DNA from: an uncultured delta proteobacterium
GTDB lineage: Bacteria > Myxococcota_A > Polyangia > Polyangiales > B10-G4
Length of the DNA: 64,000 bases
NCBI GenBank assembly: GCA_963727445.1
Contig: CAVSGI010000015.1
Coordinates: 402,682-466,681, forward strand
Direction: 5' to 3'
The position numbers were made by a program, and so were the translations under genes. Numbering within the stretch: position 1 is the first letter of the stretch; the number at the start of each line of letters is the position of its first letter. Below are positions 18,310 through 30,435 of this stretch, piece after piece. A model generated the notes under the pieces. The model worked only from the letters and a program-made list of their open reading frames with translations. It ran no database searches and was not told the origin of the DNA.

Positions 18310-20291
18310 CACTCCCCCACGTCGATCTTCGACAGCACTTCGCGCGCGCTCGCGCGCAGCGCCGCGGCCTCGGCGTTCAGTCGCTTCTGCTCGGCGTAGA
18401 GCTCCTTCTGTCGGTCCACCACCTGAGACAGCTCGTGGACCCAGCGCATCCTCAGAGCGCCTTCCTCACCGTCGGGGCGAAGCACGCCGAGCTGCTCCTT
18501 GAACGCTTCGGCCTGCGCGGCGAGCGCGGCCATCTCGGCGTCGAGCTGGCGTGCGTGGGCTTCGAGATCGGAGGCCTGCTGCCAGACATCCATGGTGTTT
18601 CGGAGCGTCTCCGAGGTCTCGTCGTCGAGCTTGTCTCCGGTGAGCCATGTCTTGAGGCGGTGCATGTCGAGGCGTTCGAGCTCGAGGCGATAGTCGTGGA
18701 GCCAGCGCTCGACGAAGACCGCATCGGTGGTGCTTCGGGGCGCGGCTTCCACGGCGAAGCGCCAGTGGGTCGTCGTCTCTTCCACCGGCTTGATGCCCTC
18801 CACCACCCGGTGATCGGGGCGCTTCGGCACCTCGAAGATGACGGTGATCGGCTCGTCGTGATCGCTCTCTACCACCAGCTTGTGGGTGTCGCGCCGTTCG
18901 TGCGTCTCCCAGGCGACGAGGCCCTTGATGCGGATCCCGTCGAGGCGCACCGAGTTCAGCGCGCTCCGGCTGCAGCGGACGGCGAGATCGCGCGCGAAGG
19001 GCAGGCGCACCTCGGCGCCGCGCGCGCTGTAGGGCACCATCGCCTCCCCGCCGTAGCTACCGCCGTCGTAGATCACCGCCGGGCCCTCTTCGAGCACCGC
19101 GTTGGTGGTGTTGTCGAAGCGCAGCACGATGTCCGGCGCCGGCCCCTGACCGTCGCGCCAGATGCGCTCGCGCTTCGTCGTCACCTTCGACGAGAGGATC
19201 GGCACCATCGCCGAGCCGCCGCGCCGGAGCGTCACCGGCTGCCCGATGCGGTACTCGAAGTGTTCGGCGCGATCGCCGCTCTCGACGTCTTCGGCGAAGC
19301 GACTCTCGGCGCCCATGGTCGCCTCCTCCGCCGCCATGTCGTAGCTTCGCACGGCCGTCTGGCTGTAGGCGCCGCCGCCACCGATGCCCTGGGGTGCCGA
19401 GGGCGCCGGCGCCGCCCTGGGCGCGGGCGGGGGCGGCGGGCCGCCCGGCGCGCCCCGCGTCCTCTGCGCCGGCGCGATCTTTCGCGGCGCCGCCACCGCC
19501 CGGCTCGACTCCTCGAGGCGCGCCCGCGCCACGGTGCGTGCCTCGTAGAGCTCGGTGACGAAGGAGACCGGCTGGCCCGTGGTGAGGGTGAGGCGGATGT
19601 CCTCGAGGTCTTCGTCGGCCGGGTTGTGGACGATGGCCCACGCCATGAGCGTGACTTCTTCGTCGTTGGCGACGACCCGATAGGAGACGCGCCAGATCGG
19701 CGCCGGGATCGTGTAGGCGACGCGCAGGTCCTTCACCGTGCCGTCGAGGTCGACGCGCACCCGCCGATGTTCGCGGTCGTTGGCAGCGCGGCTCTTGTCG
19801 ACGAGCCATGCGAGATCGGCGCGGCTGGTCTCCTCGTCGAGCGCCATGCGCTGGATCACGTGCGCGTCCACCAGGGTGATCTGGCCGTCGTCGTCGCGGA
19901 TCAGGAGCCGCTCGCGAACGCGACCGTCGCCGTCCTGATCGCGGTCGACCCCGAGCACCTCGCCCGCTCGGCTCTTGCCGCCCACGTCCACCGACACTCG
20001 GCGGCCGCGCAAAGCTTGCAACAGGCCGCGAAAGGCCATCCCAGGCTCGAGCAAGAGCCCCCGTTCCGCGAGCTCTTCAGCGGGATCGTCGGGCGCCTCG
20101 AAGGTCGCCGCGCCCACCGTCCCCTCGCCGTCTGCCACCCAGACAGCGAAGGATTTCAGCACGTCGTTCATCTCGTCGCGCCGGAACGACAGCTCGAAAG
20201 GACCGGAGGCCGGTCCGCCTCTCTCCAGGTAGGCCACGCCATGTTTGAACACCACGAGGCGTCGCACGCGGGGTGATTCCGGGGATGTCAT
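18309..20291 (-). CDS. DUF4139-like protein
   Basis: VVFKHGVAYLER N-terminus, MNDVLKS, YTIPAPIWRVSYR, HFEYRI..VTLRRGGSAMVPI; C-terminal coiled coil; family recalled from motif pattern. Confidence 0.7.
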   Translation of the reverse strand: MTSPESPRVRRLVVFKHGVAYLERGGPASGPFELSFRRDEMNDVLKSFAVWVADGEGTVGAATFEAPDDPAEELAERGLLLEPGMAFRGLLQALRGRRVSVDVGGKSRAGEVLGVDRDQDGDGRVRERLLIRDDDGQITLVDAHVIQRMALDEETSRADLAWLVDKSRAANDREHRRVRVDLDGTVKDLRVAYTIPAPIWRVSYRVVANDEEVTLMAWAIVHNPADEDLEDIRLTLTTGQPVSFVTELYEARTVARARLEESSRAVAAPRKIAPAQRTRGAPGGPPPPPAPRAAPAPSAPQGIGGGGAYSQTAVRSYDMAAEEATMGAESRFAEDVESGDRAEHFEYRIGQPVTLRRGGSAMVPILSSKVTTKRERIWRDGQGPAPDIVLRFDNTTNAVLEEGPAVIYDGGSYGGEAMVPYSARGAEVRLPFARDLAVRCSRSALNSVRLDGIRIKGLVAWETHERRDTHKLVVESDHDEPITVIFEVPKRPDHRVVEGIKPVEETTTHWRFAVEAAPRSTTDAVFVERWLHDYRLELERLDMHRLKTWLTGDKLDDETSETLRNTMDVWQQASDLEAHARQLDAEMAALAAQAEAFKEQLGVLRPDGEEGALRMRWVHELSQVVDRQKELYAEQKRLNAEAAALRASAREVLSKIDVGE

Positions 20292-20356
20292 GGAGGGGAG
20301 TAGACCACGACATAGATCACCGTGCGAGGACCGCCGAATGGTCCTAGTATCCCCCC

Positions 20357-21371
20357 GTGCTTCGATGTCTTTTGTCAGCGCTGGTGGCGCTGATCATCCT
20401 CCCCGCCTGCTCCCCCAACCTCGGTACGTGTGACGAGCCCACCGCGCGGAAGGTCGTCTACACCGCCGACATGAACGGCTACCCGGCGTACCAGGGCCAG
20501 GCGCTGATCCACGCCTCCTGCGGAGCCGGCACGTTCTGTCACTCGCAGGCGGCGACCCTGGCGCTGCGCAACGGCGTGCCTTTCGGGCTCGACTTCGACA
20601 TGGGCCTCGCCAGCGACGCGCTGAGCACGGAGCGGCTGCGCCAGGGCCAGCTCAACGTCTTCGACAACAGCGGCGACATCCTCGGGACAATCGAGGGTGG
20701 CACCATGCCGCCGGGCGAGATCGGCCGGAACATCGCCAACGCCGGTCCGCCATACGACGGCCTTCCCGGGCTCGACACCCCCGAGGGGGTGGACATCGTC
20801 CGCAACTGGCTCGCTTGCGGGGCGCCGGTGGTGGAGCGCGTGCGCGACGACCGCCCCTCGGGCGTCCAGCCCGTCGGTGCGATCGAGCCCGCCATGCCGG
20901 CGGTGCCCGCATGCGACTTCACGATGTGCGACAGCACCTGCGTCGACACCATGACGAATCGGAACAACTGCGGCGGCTGCGGCATGGCGTGCGCCGGCGA
21001 TCAGAATCTGCGACGGAGGGGCGTGCGTGTCGTGTGCGGGCTTCGCCACCTTCAGCGGCGACGTCGAGCCCATCATCCAGAGCTACGGGTGTGACGCCAT
21101 CGGCTGTCACGGGGCCCGGGGCCCCTCCAACGGCCTCGTGCTCGACCCGAGCTCGGCCTACGGCGCGCTCGTCGATGCGCCTTCGACGTGCCTCGACGGC
21201 CGAAAGCTCGTCGTTCCGGGGGACGTCTCGATGAGCTACCTGATCAACAAGCTCACGGGCGTCGACATGTGCAGCGGTGACCGGATGCCTCTAGGGACGC
21301 GAACGGGCATCATGCCGTCGGAGATGCAGGCGATCGAGGCGTGGATCTGCGCTGGCGCGATGAACGACTGA
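20357..21371 (+). CDS. Lipoprotein with two cytochrome-c-like domains and a Cys-rich linker; frameshift near 21005
   Basis: Lipobox LPA-C; CGAGTFCH..MPP; Cys-rich CVDTMTNRNNCGGCG; removing one A at ~21005 gives GDQICDGGACVSC and joins ORF 21027..21371 (CDAIGCH..RMP..IEAWICAGA). Confidence 0.65.
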
Positions 21372-21389
21372 GAGACAGGGAGGACCGAC

Positions 21390-22237
21390 ATGGCCGAGGG
21401 GGCGACGAGGGGGCCGAGCAGCCCCTCACAATTCATGGGGGTGAACGCGTTGGTGACCGGCGGCGCCAGTGGGCTGGGCCGCGCTTTCTGTGAGGAGCTC
21501 GGGCGGCGCGGCGCGCGGGTGCTCCTTACCGATCTCGACATCGACGGCGCGCTCGAGACGGCGCGCCGGGTGGAGAGCGCCGGCGGACAGGCCCGGGCTG
21601 TCGAGGCGGACGTCGCCTCCTTCGAGCGGATGCAGGAGGTGGCCGAGGAGGCCACCGAGTATCTGGGAGGCGTCGACCTGCTGATCAACAACGCGGGCAT
21701 CGGCGCGGGCGGTCCCTTCGAAGAGCTGACGATCGACGTCTGGCGCCAGTGCATCGACGTCAACCTCTGGGGCGTCATCTACGGCTGTCATCTCTTCGCG
21801 CCGAAGATGGCGGAGCGCGGCCGCGGCTTCATCATCAACGTCGCCTCGGCGGCGGGCCTGCTCGCTGCGCCCGAGATGGCTCCCTACAACGTGACCAAGG
21901 CCGGCGTGGTCTCCCTCTCCGAGACCCTCCACGCCGAGCTCGGGCCCAAGGGCGTTCACGTCACAGCCCTCTGCCCGACCTTCTTCCGTACACGCATCAT
22001 GGACAACGCCCGCGGCGTCGCGGACGACGAGATGAAGAAGCTCATCGGCCGCATGATGGACCGCTCGAAGGTGCAGGCGCCCGACGTCGCGCGGATCGCG
22101 CTCGAGGCGGTGTACGAAGGGCAGCTCTACGCTGTTCCCATGCGCGACGGCCGCATGTACTGGCGGCTCAAGCGCGCCGTGCCGCAGCGATACGCCAAGC
22201 TCGTCTCGCAGCTCACGCGAAGCCGCCTCGAGAAGCT

Positions 22238-22253
<16 letters not shown>
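21390..22253 (+). CDS. Short-chain dehydrogenase/reductase
   Basis: TGGASGLG, NNAG, NVAS, YNVTK catalytic motif; GGAGG RBS upstream. Confidence 0.93.
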
Positions 22254-23986
<1,733 letters not shown>

Positions 23987-24024
23987 CGCGGGTGGGACTC
24001 TATCAGGTTTCCCGGCCTTGGTTT

Positions 24025-25737
24025 CTAGCGGCGGTTGACGGGCTGGAGCTCGAAGGAAAAGTGGACGCGCCCCCCTTCACCTGTGCGTGACGGCCCCAGG
24101 TTGACGCCGTCGAGGTGTGACTGAATGCAGAGGCGCACGTCGGTGTACGAGTCGCCTCCGTGCGGGCCGTAGCTCCCGGGGACCAGATCGCCCTCGGCAG
24201 TCGTGTCCGCCTCCAGCATCACCGTCCAGTTGTGTTCTGGCATCGGGCGATGCCGCGGCCAACACGAGCTCCAGTCGAAGTGGGTGGTGAGGTTGCCCTG
24301 TCGCCACTCCCGGTGCCCACCGTATTGGAAGAGCCGTGGAACGAGACGGACCAGTCGCCGCCGGGGACGCTGCGGTGCTGCGGGAGTTGGCGCGGGGTCT
24401 TCCTCGGGCTTGGGCTCCTCGTCCAGCTCTTCCTCTTCGCCCACCGCTCCCTCTTCGCCCACCGCTCCCACTTCGTTCTCTGGCACCATCGCGCTCCCCG
24501 TATCGACAGCTCCCATCCCGTTCGTCGCGGCCGGAATCACAGCGACAGAAGCGGCGGTGGGGGGACGCTCTGCTCTCTGCATGAAGACGTAGGTCCCCCC
24601 CACCCCGGCGACGAGCGCCCCGAGAACGATCGCCGGCATCAGCCAGCCGAAGCTCCGCGTCTCTGCAGGCGCGGCCGCGGACGGCGCGGTCGGCGCGTGC
24701 GCGGGCTCGGACGGCGCGGTCGACGCTTGTGCGGGCTCGGGCATCGGCGCAGGCCGAGTCGGCGTCAGCGGCTCGATCGCGACCGGCGTCACGACCGTCG
24801 CGGGCACGACGGGCTCGGGCGTCGCCACGGTGCTCGCGACGCCCAACGCTTCGCGCGGCATCGGGGTCTCCGTCTTCGGCTCGAAGCCGGCGAGCGCCTC
24901 GCTCATCTCCTCCGCGCTCGCGAAGCGCTCGCTCCGGTCCTTCGCGAGGGCGCGCGTCACGACGGCGACCAGCTCGGGGCTCAGGTCGGGCCGCAGCTCG
25001 AGGATCGGACGCGGCGTGCCGGTGAGGATGGCGACCAATAGGGCGTTGTAGTTGCTGGCCACGAGCGGTGGCTGGCCGGTGAGCGCCTCGTACATGACGG
25101 CGCCGAGGGAGTAGAGATCGGCGCGCGCGTCGATGGCCTGATCGCCGCGGGCTTGCTCCGGCGACATGTAGAGCGGCGTACCGACGATCAGCCCCGTCGC
25201 CGTCAGCTTCGCCGCGGTGTCACCGTCGAGGAGCTTCGCGATGCCGAAGTCGAGGATCTTCACGACGTCGCCGACGCCCGCGGTCTTCTTCAAGAAGATG
25301 TTGTCCGGCTTCAGGTCGCGATGGACGAGCGGGACCGCGTGGGCCGAGGCGAGGCCGGCGAGAGCACCCCGGGCGACGGCCGCCACCTCTGCTTCCGAGA
25401 GCGGGCCCCTCTCCATGCGCCTCGACAGCGGCTCCCCCTCGAGGAGCTCCATCGCGAGCCAGACCGATCCGTCGTCCTCGTGACCGAAATCGAGGACCTC
25501 CACGATGTTCGGGTGACTCAGGCGCGCGGCCTGTTCGGCCTCGCTCTTGAAGCGCGCGACCAACGCCGGGTCGGTGGAGAGCGCAGGCAGCAGGATCTTG
25601 ATCGCGACCTCCCGCCCGAGGCTGGTCTGCACGGCGGTGTACACCGTGCCCATCCCGCCCCGGCCGAGCTCGTCGTTCAGACGATAGCGGCCTCCGAGGA
25701 GCCTGCCATCGTGATCGTCGTCATCGGCCATGGGCAC
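24025..25737 (-). CDS. Membrane Ser/Thr protein kinase, tandem paralog of 22238..23986
   Basis: GRGGMGTV, HRDLKPDN, KILDFGIAKLLDGD, GTPLYMSPE; TM segment; C-terminal WSSCWPR domain; start may be 25731. Confidence 0.92.
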   Translation of the reverse strand: MPMADDDDHDGRLLGGRYRLNDELGRGGMGTVYTAVQTSLGREVAIKILLPALSTDPALVARFKSEAEQAARLSHPNIVEVLDFGHEDDGSVWLAMELLEGEPLSRRMERGPLSEAEVAAVARGALAGLASAHAVPLVHRDLKPDNIFLKKTAGVGDVVKILDFGIAKLLDGDTAAKLTATGLIVGTPLYMSPEQARGDQAIDARADLYSLGAVMYEALTGQPPLVASNYNALLVAILTGTPRPILELRPDLSPELVAVVTRALAKDRSERFASAEEMSEALAGFEPKTETPMPREALGVASTVATPEPVVPATVVTPVAIEPLTPTRPAPMPEPAQASTAPSEPAHAPTAPSAAAPAETRSFGWLMPAIVLGALVAGVGGTYVFMQRAERPPTAASVAVIPAATNGMGAVDTGSAMVPENEVGAVGEEGAVGEEEELDEEPKPEEDPAPTPAAPQRPRRRLVRLVPRLFQYGGHREWRQGNLTTHFDWSSCWPRHRPMPEHNWTVMLEADTTAEGDLVPGSYGPHGGDSYTDVRLCIQSHLDGVNLGPSRTGEGGRVHFSFELQPVNRR

Positions 25738-25756
25738 CAGTCACCGTAACCTACGC

Positions 25757-26686
25757 CTACCTGGGCGGGACACCGAGCTCGGCCCGTACCTCTTCGAGAG
25801 GGCGCGCGAAGTGCGGCCAGGGATCCCACGCGGAGAGGTCCGTGTTCGACGCGGCGCCCCGCTCGAGCGCGCCCAGGACGGGGGCGGCGTCGAAGAGCCC
25901 GGTGTCGGAGGGCGAGTAAGGGGAGACGCGGATGCCGAGGTGGAACTGGAGCGCGATGGTGAAGAGCCAGAAGAAGGGGTCGACCTTCTTGTAGCCGGCG
26001 ATGAACGCCACCAAGAGGACCTCTTCCCGCGGTGAGGTGTCGTAGCCGGCCAGGACGTGGGTGACGTCGTGCCACAGACCGCTCTCCGGGACGGCGCGCG
26101 CTTCGCCGGGAAAACCGAGATCGTTTTCGAGGATGAAGTCGAAGTACGCGCGACCGAAAGTGCCTGGCGAATGCTCGCCGAGGGCGATGTACTTCCGCGC
26201 GAGCGCGTAGTCGCGCGCCATCCCCACCATCGGCCCGACGATCTGCCACAAACCGATGAAGCCATCCTCCTTCAGGCGCTCGACGAAGACGTCTCGGGCG
26301 AAGGAGCGGCGTGCGAGGTCGCACCACATGAGCTTCACGTGGCCGTGGGCCAGCTGGGTCAGGTTCCTGACGCGCGGCTCGTCCACACCGAGGGCCTGAG
26401 CCCATGCGCGTATCGTGTCGAGCTCGGCCTCGCGAACGTCGCCGTCCATGAGCGCCATGAGGATCATCGCCTGGACGATGCGTTCGCGTGCCGCGGGTTT
26501 TGGCACCGCATCGGCGACCTCCTCGGGGGTGGCCACGAGCCTTCGGTCATCGACGCGGTAGATCTTCGCGGCCGCCGACAAGAGCGCGGCTTCGTCCGCG
26601 GCGAAGTCGGCATCGGCGCGCGCCACCGCCGCCATCGCCGCCAGCCCCATCTTCGCCTCGACCTCGTCGACCCCCAGTAGACGCAT
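25757..26686 (-). CDS. TerB-like + Coq4-like fusion protein
   Basis: N-terminal TerB-like helices (VARADADFAADE; MALMDGDVREAE); C-terminal PGTFGRAYFDF and HDVTHVLAGYDTSPREE (HDxxH..E metal motif). Confidence 0.7.
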   Translation of the reverse strand: MRLLGVDEVEAKMGLAAMAAVARADADFAADEAALLSAAAKIYRVDDRRLVATPEEVADAVPKPAARERIVQAMILMALMDGDVREAELDTIRAWAQALGVDEPRVRNLTQLAHGHVKLMWCDLARRSFARDVFVERLKEDGFIGLWQIVGPMVGMARDYALARKYIALGEHSPGTFGRAYFDFILENDLGFPGEARAVPESGLWHDVTHVLAGYDTSPREEVLLVAFIAGYKKVDPFFWLFTIALQFHLGIRVSPYSPSDTGLFDAAPVLGALERGAASNTDLSAWDPWPHFARPLEEVRAELGVPPR

Positions 26687-26710
26687 GGCTGGACTCTATA
26701 CTCGTTCCCC

Positions 26711-27634
26711 GTGAGGGCCGAGCGCATCCTGAGGTGGTCCGCCGTGGGCGGCGCATTCGTGTGGATCGCGCTTCGCGTGATGACCGAGCTTTCGCCGACG
26801 GCGCGCGTCCTCGCGGTCGCTCCGCTGGTCGTGGTGCCCCTCGCGCTCTCGCTCCTGCCCCTCGGGACGCGCCGCGGGGCGCTGGTGATCGCGCTGTCGC
26901 AGCCGCTCGGCGCGGCCTGCGCGACCGTCTCGCTCCTCACGGACGTCGGCGCACGGGCCGCGGCGCTCGCGGCGGTTTGGCTCACGTTCGTCGCCGGCAC
27001 CTGCACCTACGCGGCGCTGCGTCTGCTCGCGGACGACGCACCCGACCGTACGCGCGTCAGCTATCTCGCGGCGCTGCTCTTTTGGCCGGTGGGCGGTGCA
27101 TGGATGGTCGCGGCGCGCGCCGGGTGGACGGTCCTCGGCTTCGACGGCTTCTGGGCCGAGCTCACGGCGATCCACTTCCACTACATGGGCCTCGCCGCCC
27201 CGATCCTCGTCGGCCGCATGCTCGCGACGAAGGGGCCCGGCCTCGGCACCACGCTCTCGCTCGTGGGGATCACCCTCGGGCCGGTCCTGGTCGCCGCCGG
27301 GATCACGGTCTCACCAGTCGCCGCGCTCCTCGGAGCACTCTCGATGGCCGCGGGCCTCGGCGTGCACGGTGTGCGATCGCTCTGGCCGCCCGGTCGGCCC
27401 CGGCGCCTGGCCGTCGTCTGCTTCTGGATATCGGCGATCTCGGTTCTCTTCTCGATGCCCCTCGCCGTCATCTGGGCATGGGGAACGGCCGCGGGGACGA
27501 TGCCCTTCGGCCTCGACCTCGGCTGGATGATCCGCCTTCACGGCATGGCGAATGCGCACGGCTTCTGCCTGGTGGGTTTGATCGGTTGGGTGCTCCTCGA
27601 GGGGGAGGTGGCTTCACCCGCCGGCGATCCGTGA
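26711..27634 (+). CDS. YndJ-like multi-pass membrane protein
   Basis: About nine hydrophobic segments; LTAIHFHY and MIRLHGMANAHGF motifs. Confidence 0.75.
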   Translation: MRAERILRWSAVGGAFVWIALRVMTELSPTARVLAVAPLVVVPLALSLLPLGTRRGALVIALSQPLGAACATVSLLTDVGARAAALAAVWLTFVAGTCTYAALRLLADDAPDRTRVSYLAALLFWPVGGAWMVAARAGWTVLGFDGFWAELTAIHFHYMGLAAPILVGRMLATKGPGLGTTLSLVGITLGPVLVAAGITVSPVAALLGALSMAAGLGVHGVRSLWPPGRPRRLAVVCFWISAISVLFSMPLAVIWAWGTAAGTMPFGLDLGWMIRLHGMANAHGFCLVGLIGWVLLEGEVASPAGDP

Positions 27635-27647
27635 CAGACTCCCCGCC

Positions 27648-29399
27648 GTGAATCGCTTCCTGCTCCTCGGACTCTTCCCCTTCATCGCACTGGCCTTCGC
27701 CTGCGGCGACGACGGGGCCGTCACGCCCGACGGCTCGCTCGACGCGTGCGCGGATTGTGACGCGGCGATGGACGCGCCAGCGGATACGACAGCGCCTCCC
27801 GAGCCGTGTGCGATGGAAGGCGAGGTCGCGTGCTCGGCCGACGCATCCGCCGTCCGCACCTGCACCGGCGGCTTCTGGGTCGACGACCCCTGCGCGCCCG
27901 CGACCGAGATCTGCGACGCTGGCGGCTGCGTCACGCGCTGGACCTACGGCGCGCCGTCCTACGATCAGTGCGAGGATGCCGAGAACGCGACCCCCGAGAC
28001 GCTCGCGGACAAGGCCGCCTACTTCGACGAGCTCGCGGTCCGCCTGAGCCTCTCGCCCTCGCTCGGTGCGGTGACGGAGGTCGTCCTGACGGGGGGCGCC
28101 GACGAACACACCGCCACGACCGCCGACATCGCCGCGCGCGGCATCACCGAGAACAATGGGCTCTGGAATGCGCTGTACATGGCGTCTCAGGCGTATCGCC
28201 ATGCGGCCACCGGCTCCGCCGACGCTCTCGAGACGCTCCGGATCCTCGTCAGGGGCGAGGAGGATCGCATGGCGATCACCGGGGTCCCCGGCAATTTCAC
28301 GCGCCGCTTCATCCTGGCGGATACGGTCGGCGCCGCGTGTCCGACCGACCCCGCCGAGTACACCGTCGACGTCGAGAAGGACGACAACCGCTGGGTGCAG
28401 ATCCGCGACGACGGCTGCGCATGGGCCGTCGACAACGAGACCGGCGAGTGGTTCGACTCGGGGCACTGCGTGGACCCGCGCTTCGCCGGGGGCTGCTTCT
28501 TCGACAACGTCTCGCAGGACGAGGTGGTCGGACACGTGCTCGGGCTCGCGGCGGTGGCGACGCTGGTGGACGATGCCGACGTTTCGTCCCGCGCCGCGGC
28601 GCTCCTCGAAGCCGTCGGGCTCCACCTCGTCGAAAACCAGATGCAGTTCGTCGACTGGGACGGGCGCGTGACCGAGCACGGCATGATCCTGTCGCCCATC
28701 CTGGGCCTCGCCTTCGTGCGCGTCGCCGGCCTGGTGAGCGGGAACGAAGAGATCCTCCGCTTCTACGACGAGTGTCTCCTGCAGAACGCATCTCCGCCCG
28801 ACAACACCTGCGTGCCGTGGCTGGCCAGCTTCCTGCCCCTCGATCGCTACCTGTCGATCACGCTGCTCTACCCGGACGAGACCGCCTGCCGCGCGAACTG
28901 GAACAACATGAGCATGGCGCTCGCTTCGTTGAACGCCTGGCTCAGCGTCGAAACCGACCCGGAGATGGCCCGGGTGGTGCGCCAGGTTCTCGACGAAGAC
29001 GTGATGCGCTACGACAACACGCGCGCGATGATCGTTCAGCACAACCCGTGGTGGAACTTCATCTGGGCGCGCGACAAGGCTCTCGGTCCCGAGAGTGACG
29101 GCCCGGCCCTGGAGCCCGTTCGTGAGGGCATCTGCGCGCTGCGCCAGGTACCGGCGACGCGCGGACAGGTCGCGCGCGATCCCTCGGCCGACCACCCCAC
29201 CGTTTGCATGGGGCGGCTGGACGAATCGCTGACGGACGTGCCGCTCCGACCCGACGAGCGCTGCCCGAAGTCCTTCCTCTTCTGGTTCAACCCCTACGAC
29301 CTCGCCACTTGTAGCGACCAGCCGGAGCGTCTCCAGCAGCCCGGCGACTATCTGCTGCCGTACTGGATGGGGCGCTACTACGGGTTCATCGACGGCTGA
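27648..29399 (+). CDS. Uncharacterised secreted lipoprotein
   Basis: Lipobox AFA-C; Cys-rich N-terminal repeat; helical domain with NVSQDE and DYLLPYWMGRYYG; coding-like codon usage. Confidence 0.7.
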   Translation: MNRFLLLGLFPFIALAFACGDDGAVTPDGSLDACADCDAAMDAPADTTAPPEPCAMEGEVACSADASAVRTCTGGFWVDDPCAPATEICDAGGCVTRWTYGAPSYDQCEDAENATPETLADKAAYFDELAVRLSLSPSLGAVTEVVLTGGADEHTATTADIAARGITENNGLWNALYMASQAYRHAATGSADALETLRILVRGEEDRMAITGVPGNFTRRFILADTVGAACPTDPAEYTVDVEKDDNRWVQIRDDGCAWAVDNETGEWFDSGHCVDPRFAGGCFFDNVSQDEVVGHVLGLAAVATLVDDADVSSRAAALLEAVGLHLVENQMQFVDWDGRVTEHGMILSPILGLAFVRVAGLVSGNEEILRFYDECLLQNASPPDNTCVPWLASFLPLDRYLSITLLYPDETACRANWNNMSMALASLNAWLSVETDPEMARVVRQVLDEDVMRYDNTRAMIVQHNPWWNFIWARDKALGPESDGPALEPVREGICALRQVPATRGQVARDPSADHPTVCMGRLDESLTDVPLRPDERCPKSFLFWFNPYDLATCSDQPERLQQPGDYLLPYWMGRYYGFIDG

Positions 29400-29433
29400 C
29401 CAGCGATCGCGCCGAGCCGAGCCGGGGAGCCGA

Positions 29434-30393
29434 TCAGCCGGGGAGCCCGACCGCTTCGAGAGGCACGTCGACCGCAAAGATGCGGCCGCTGAGGGTGGCG
29501 ATCTTCATCCACTCCAGGATCGGACGGGGGGCGGGCGCACCTTCGAAGACGGCGAGGGACGCCTCGGCGAAACCGTTCACGACGACGCGCGCGAAGACGG
29601 AGCCGCTCTCTGGGTTGGCGAGATGTGGGCGTCCGGTGTAGCCGGGGAAGGGACGAAGCGCGTACCACGCGAGGCCGCGGGCGAGGACGTCGAGCTCCAC
29701 ACCGAGGCGTTCGAGACCCGCCGCTCGGGCGAAGCGCGCGAGGGCCTGGGGAGTCCGCTGAGGGACGATCGGGGGACAGGGGGGCAGCTCGCGGTGATCG
29801 CGAACCGTCTCGGGGGCGTAGTGGAGCGAGAAGGAGGTCTCGACGAAGCCGGCGTGGAAGTCGATGGCGACGTCGGCTCTCAGAGCGGCGCGGAGGGCCT
29901 CGTCCTCTACCGGCATCCATGCCTCCTCGACGCCCTCGTAGTGTCCGCGCGCCTGCTGCACGAGCGCGAGGTTGAGGGGTGCGATGGCGCGCACGCCCCG
30001 CGCCGCGAGCGCGTCCACGCCGGCTTGCAGGGCGTGGCTGTGGAGCGGGCTGCCGTGGAAGGTCATCAGCACGACCCGCTGCGCTCCGAGGTCCGCGAGG
30101 CGATGAACGGTCTCGAGCACCTGCCGCCGCACGTCGACGAAGGGAGTGGGTCGCGAGCCCGGGCCGGCGCAGGGATCGACGCCCACGTCGAGCTCGGGCG
30201 CGAGGAGAAAGGGATGATCGCCCAGGGCCTCGCGGAAGCGTTCGTGCAGATCCTTCGCGATGCCGACGCTCACCAGGTTGTCGTTCCGCAGCGACAGATG
30301 CGGGCCGTGGTACTCGATCGGGTTGACCGGTACGAAGATCGGGGCGCCGGCTTCGAGGTGGCGCTTCAGCTCCGCTTCCGGTGGGAGGCTCAC
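29434..30393 (-). CDS. Creatininase/amidohydrolase-family protein
   Basis: PIEYHGPHL, TFHGS and DFHAGFVETS motifs. Confidence 0.8.
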   Translation of the reverse strand: MSLPPEAELKRHLEAGAPIFVPVNPIEYHGPHLSLRNDNLVSVGIAKDLHERFREALGDHPFLLAPELDVGVDPCAGPGSRPTPFVDVRRQVLETVHRLADLGAQRVVLMTFHGSPLHSHALQAGVDALAARGVRAIAPLNLALVQQARGHYEGVEEAWMPVEDEALRAALRADVAIDFHAGFVETSFSLHYAPETVRDHRELPPCPPIVPQRTPQALARFARAAGLERLGVELDVLARGLAWYALRPFPGYTGRPHLANPESGSVFARVVVNGFAEASLAVFEGAPAPRPILEWMKIATLSGRIFAVDVPLEAVGLPG

Positions 30394-30435
30394 GCTCCAG
30401 GCATAGCACGCCCCCGAGGCGCGCGCGCCGTCGGC

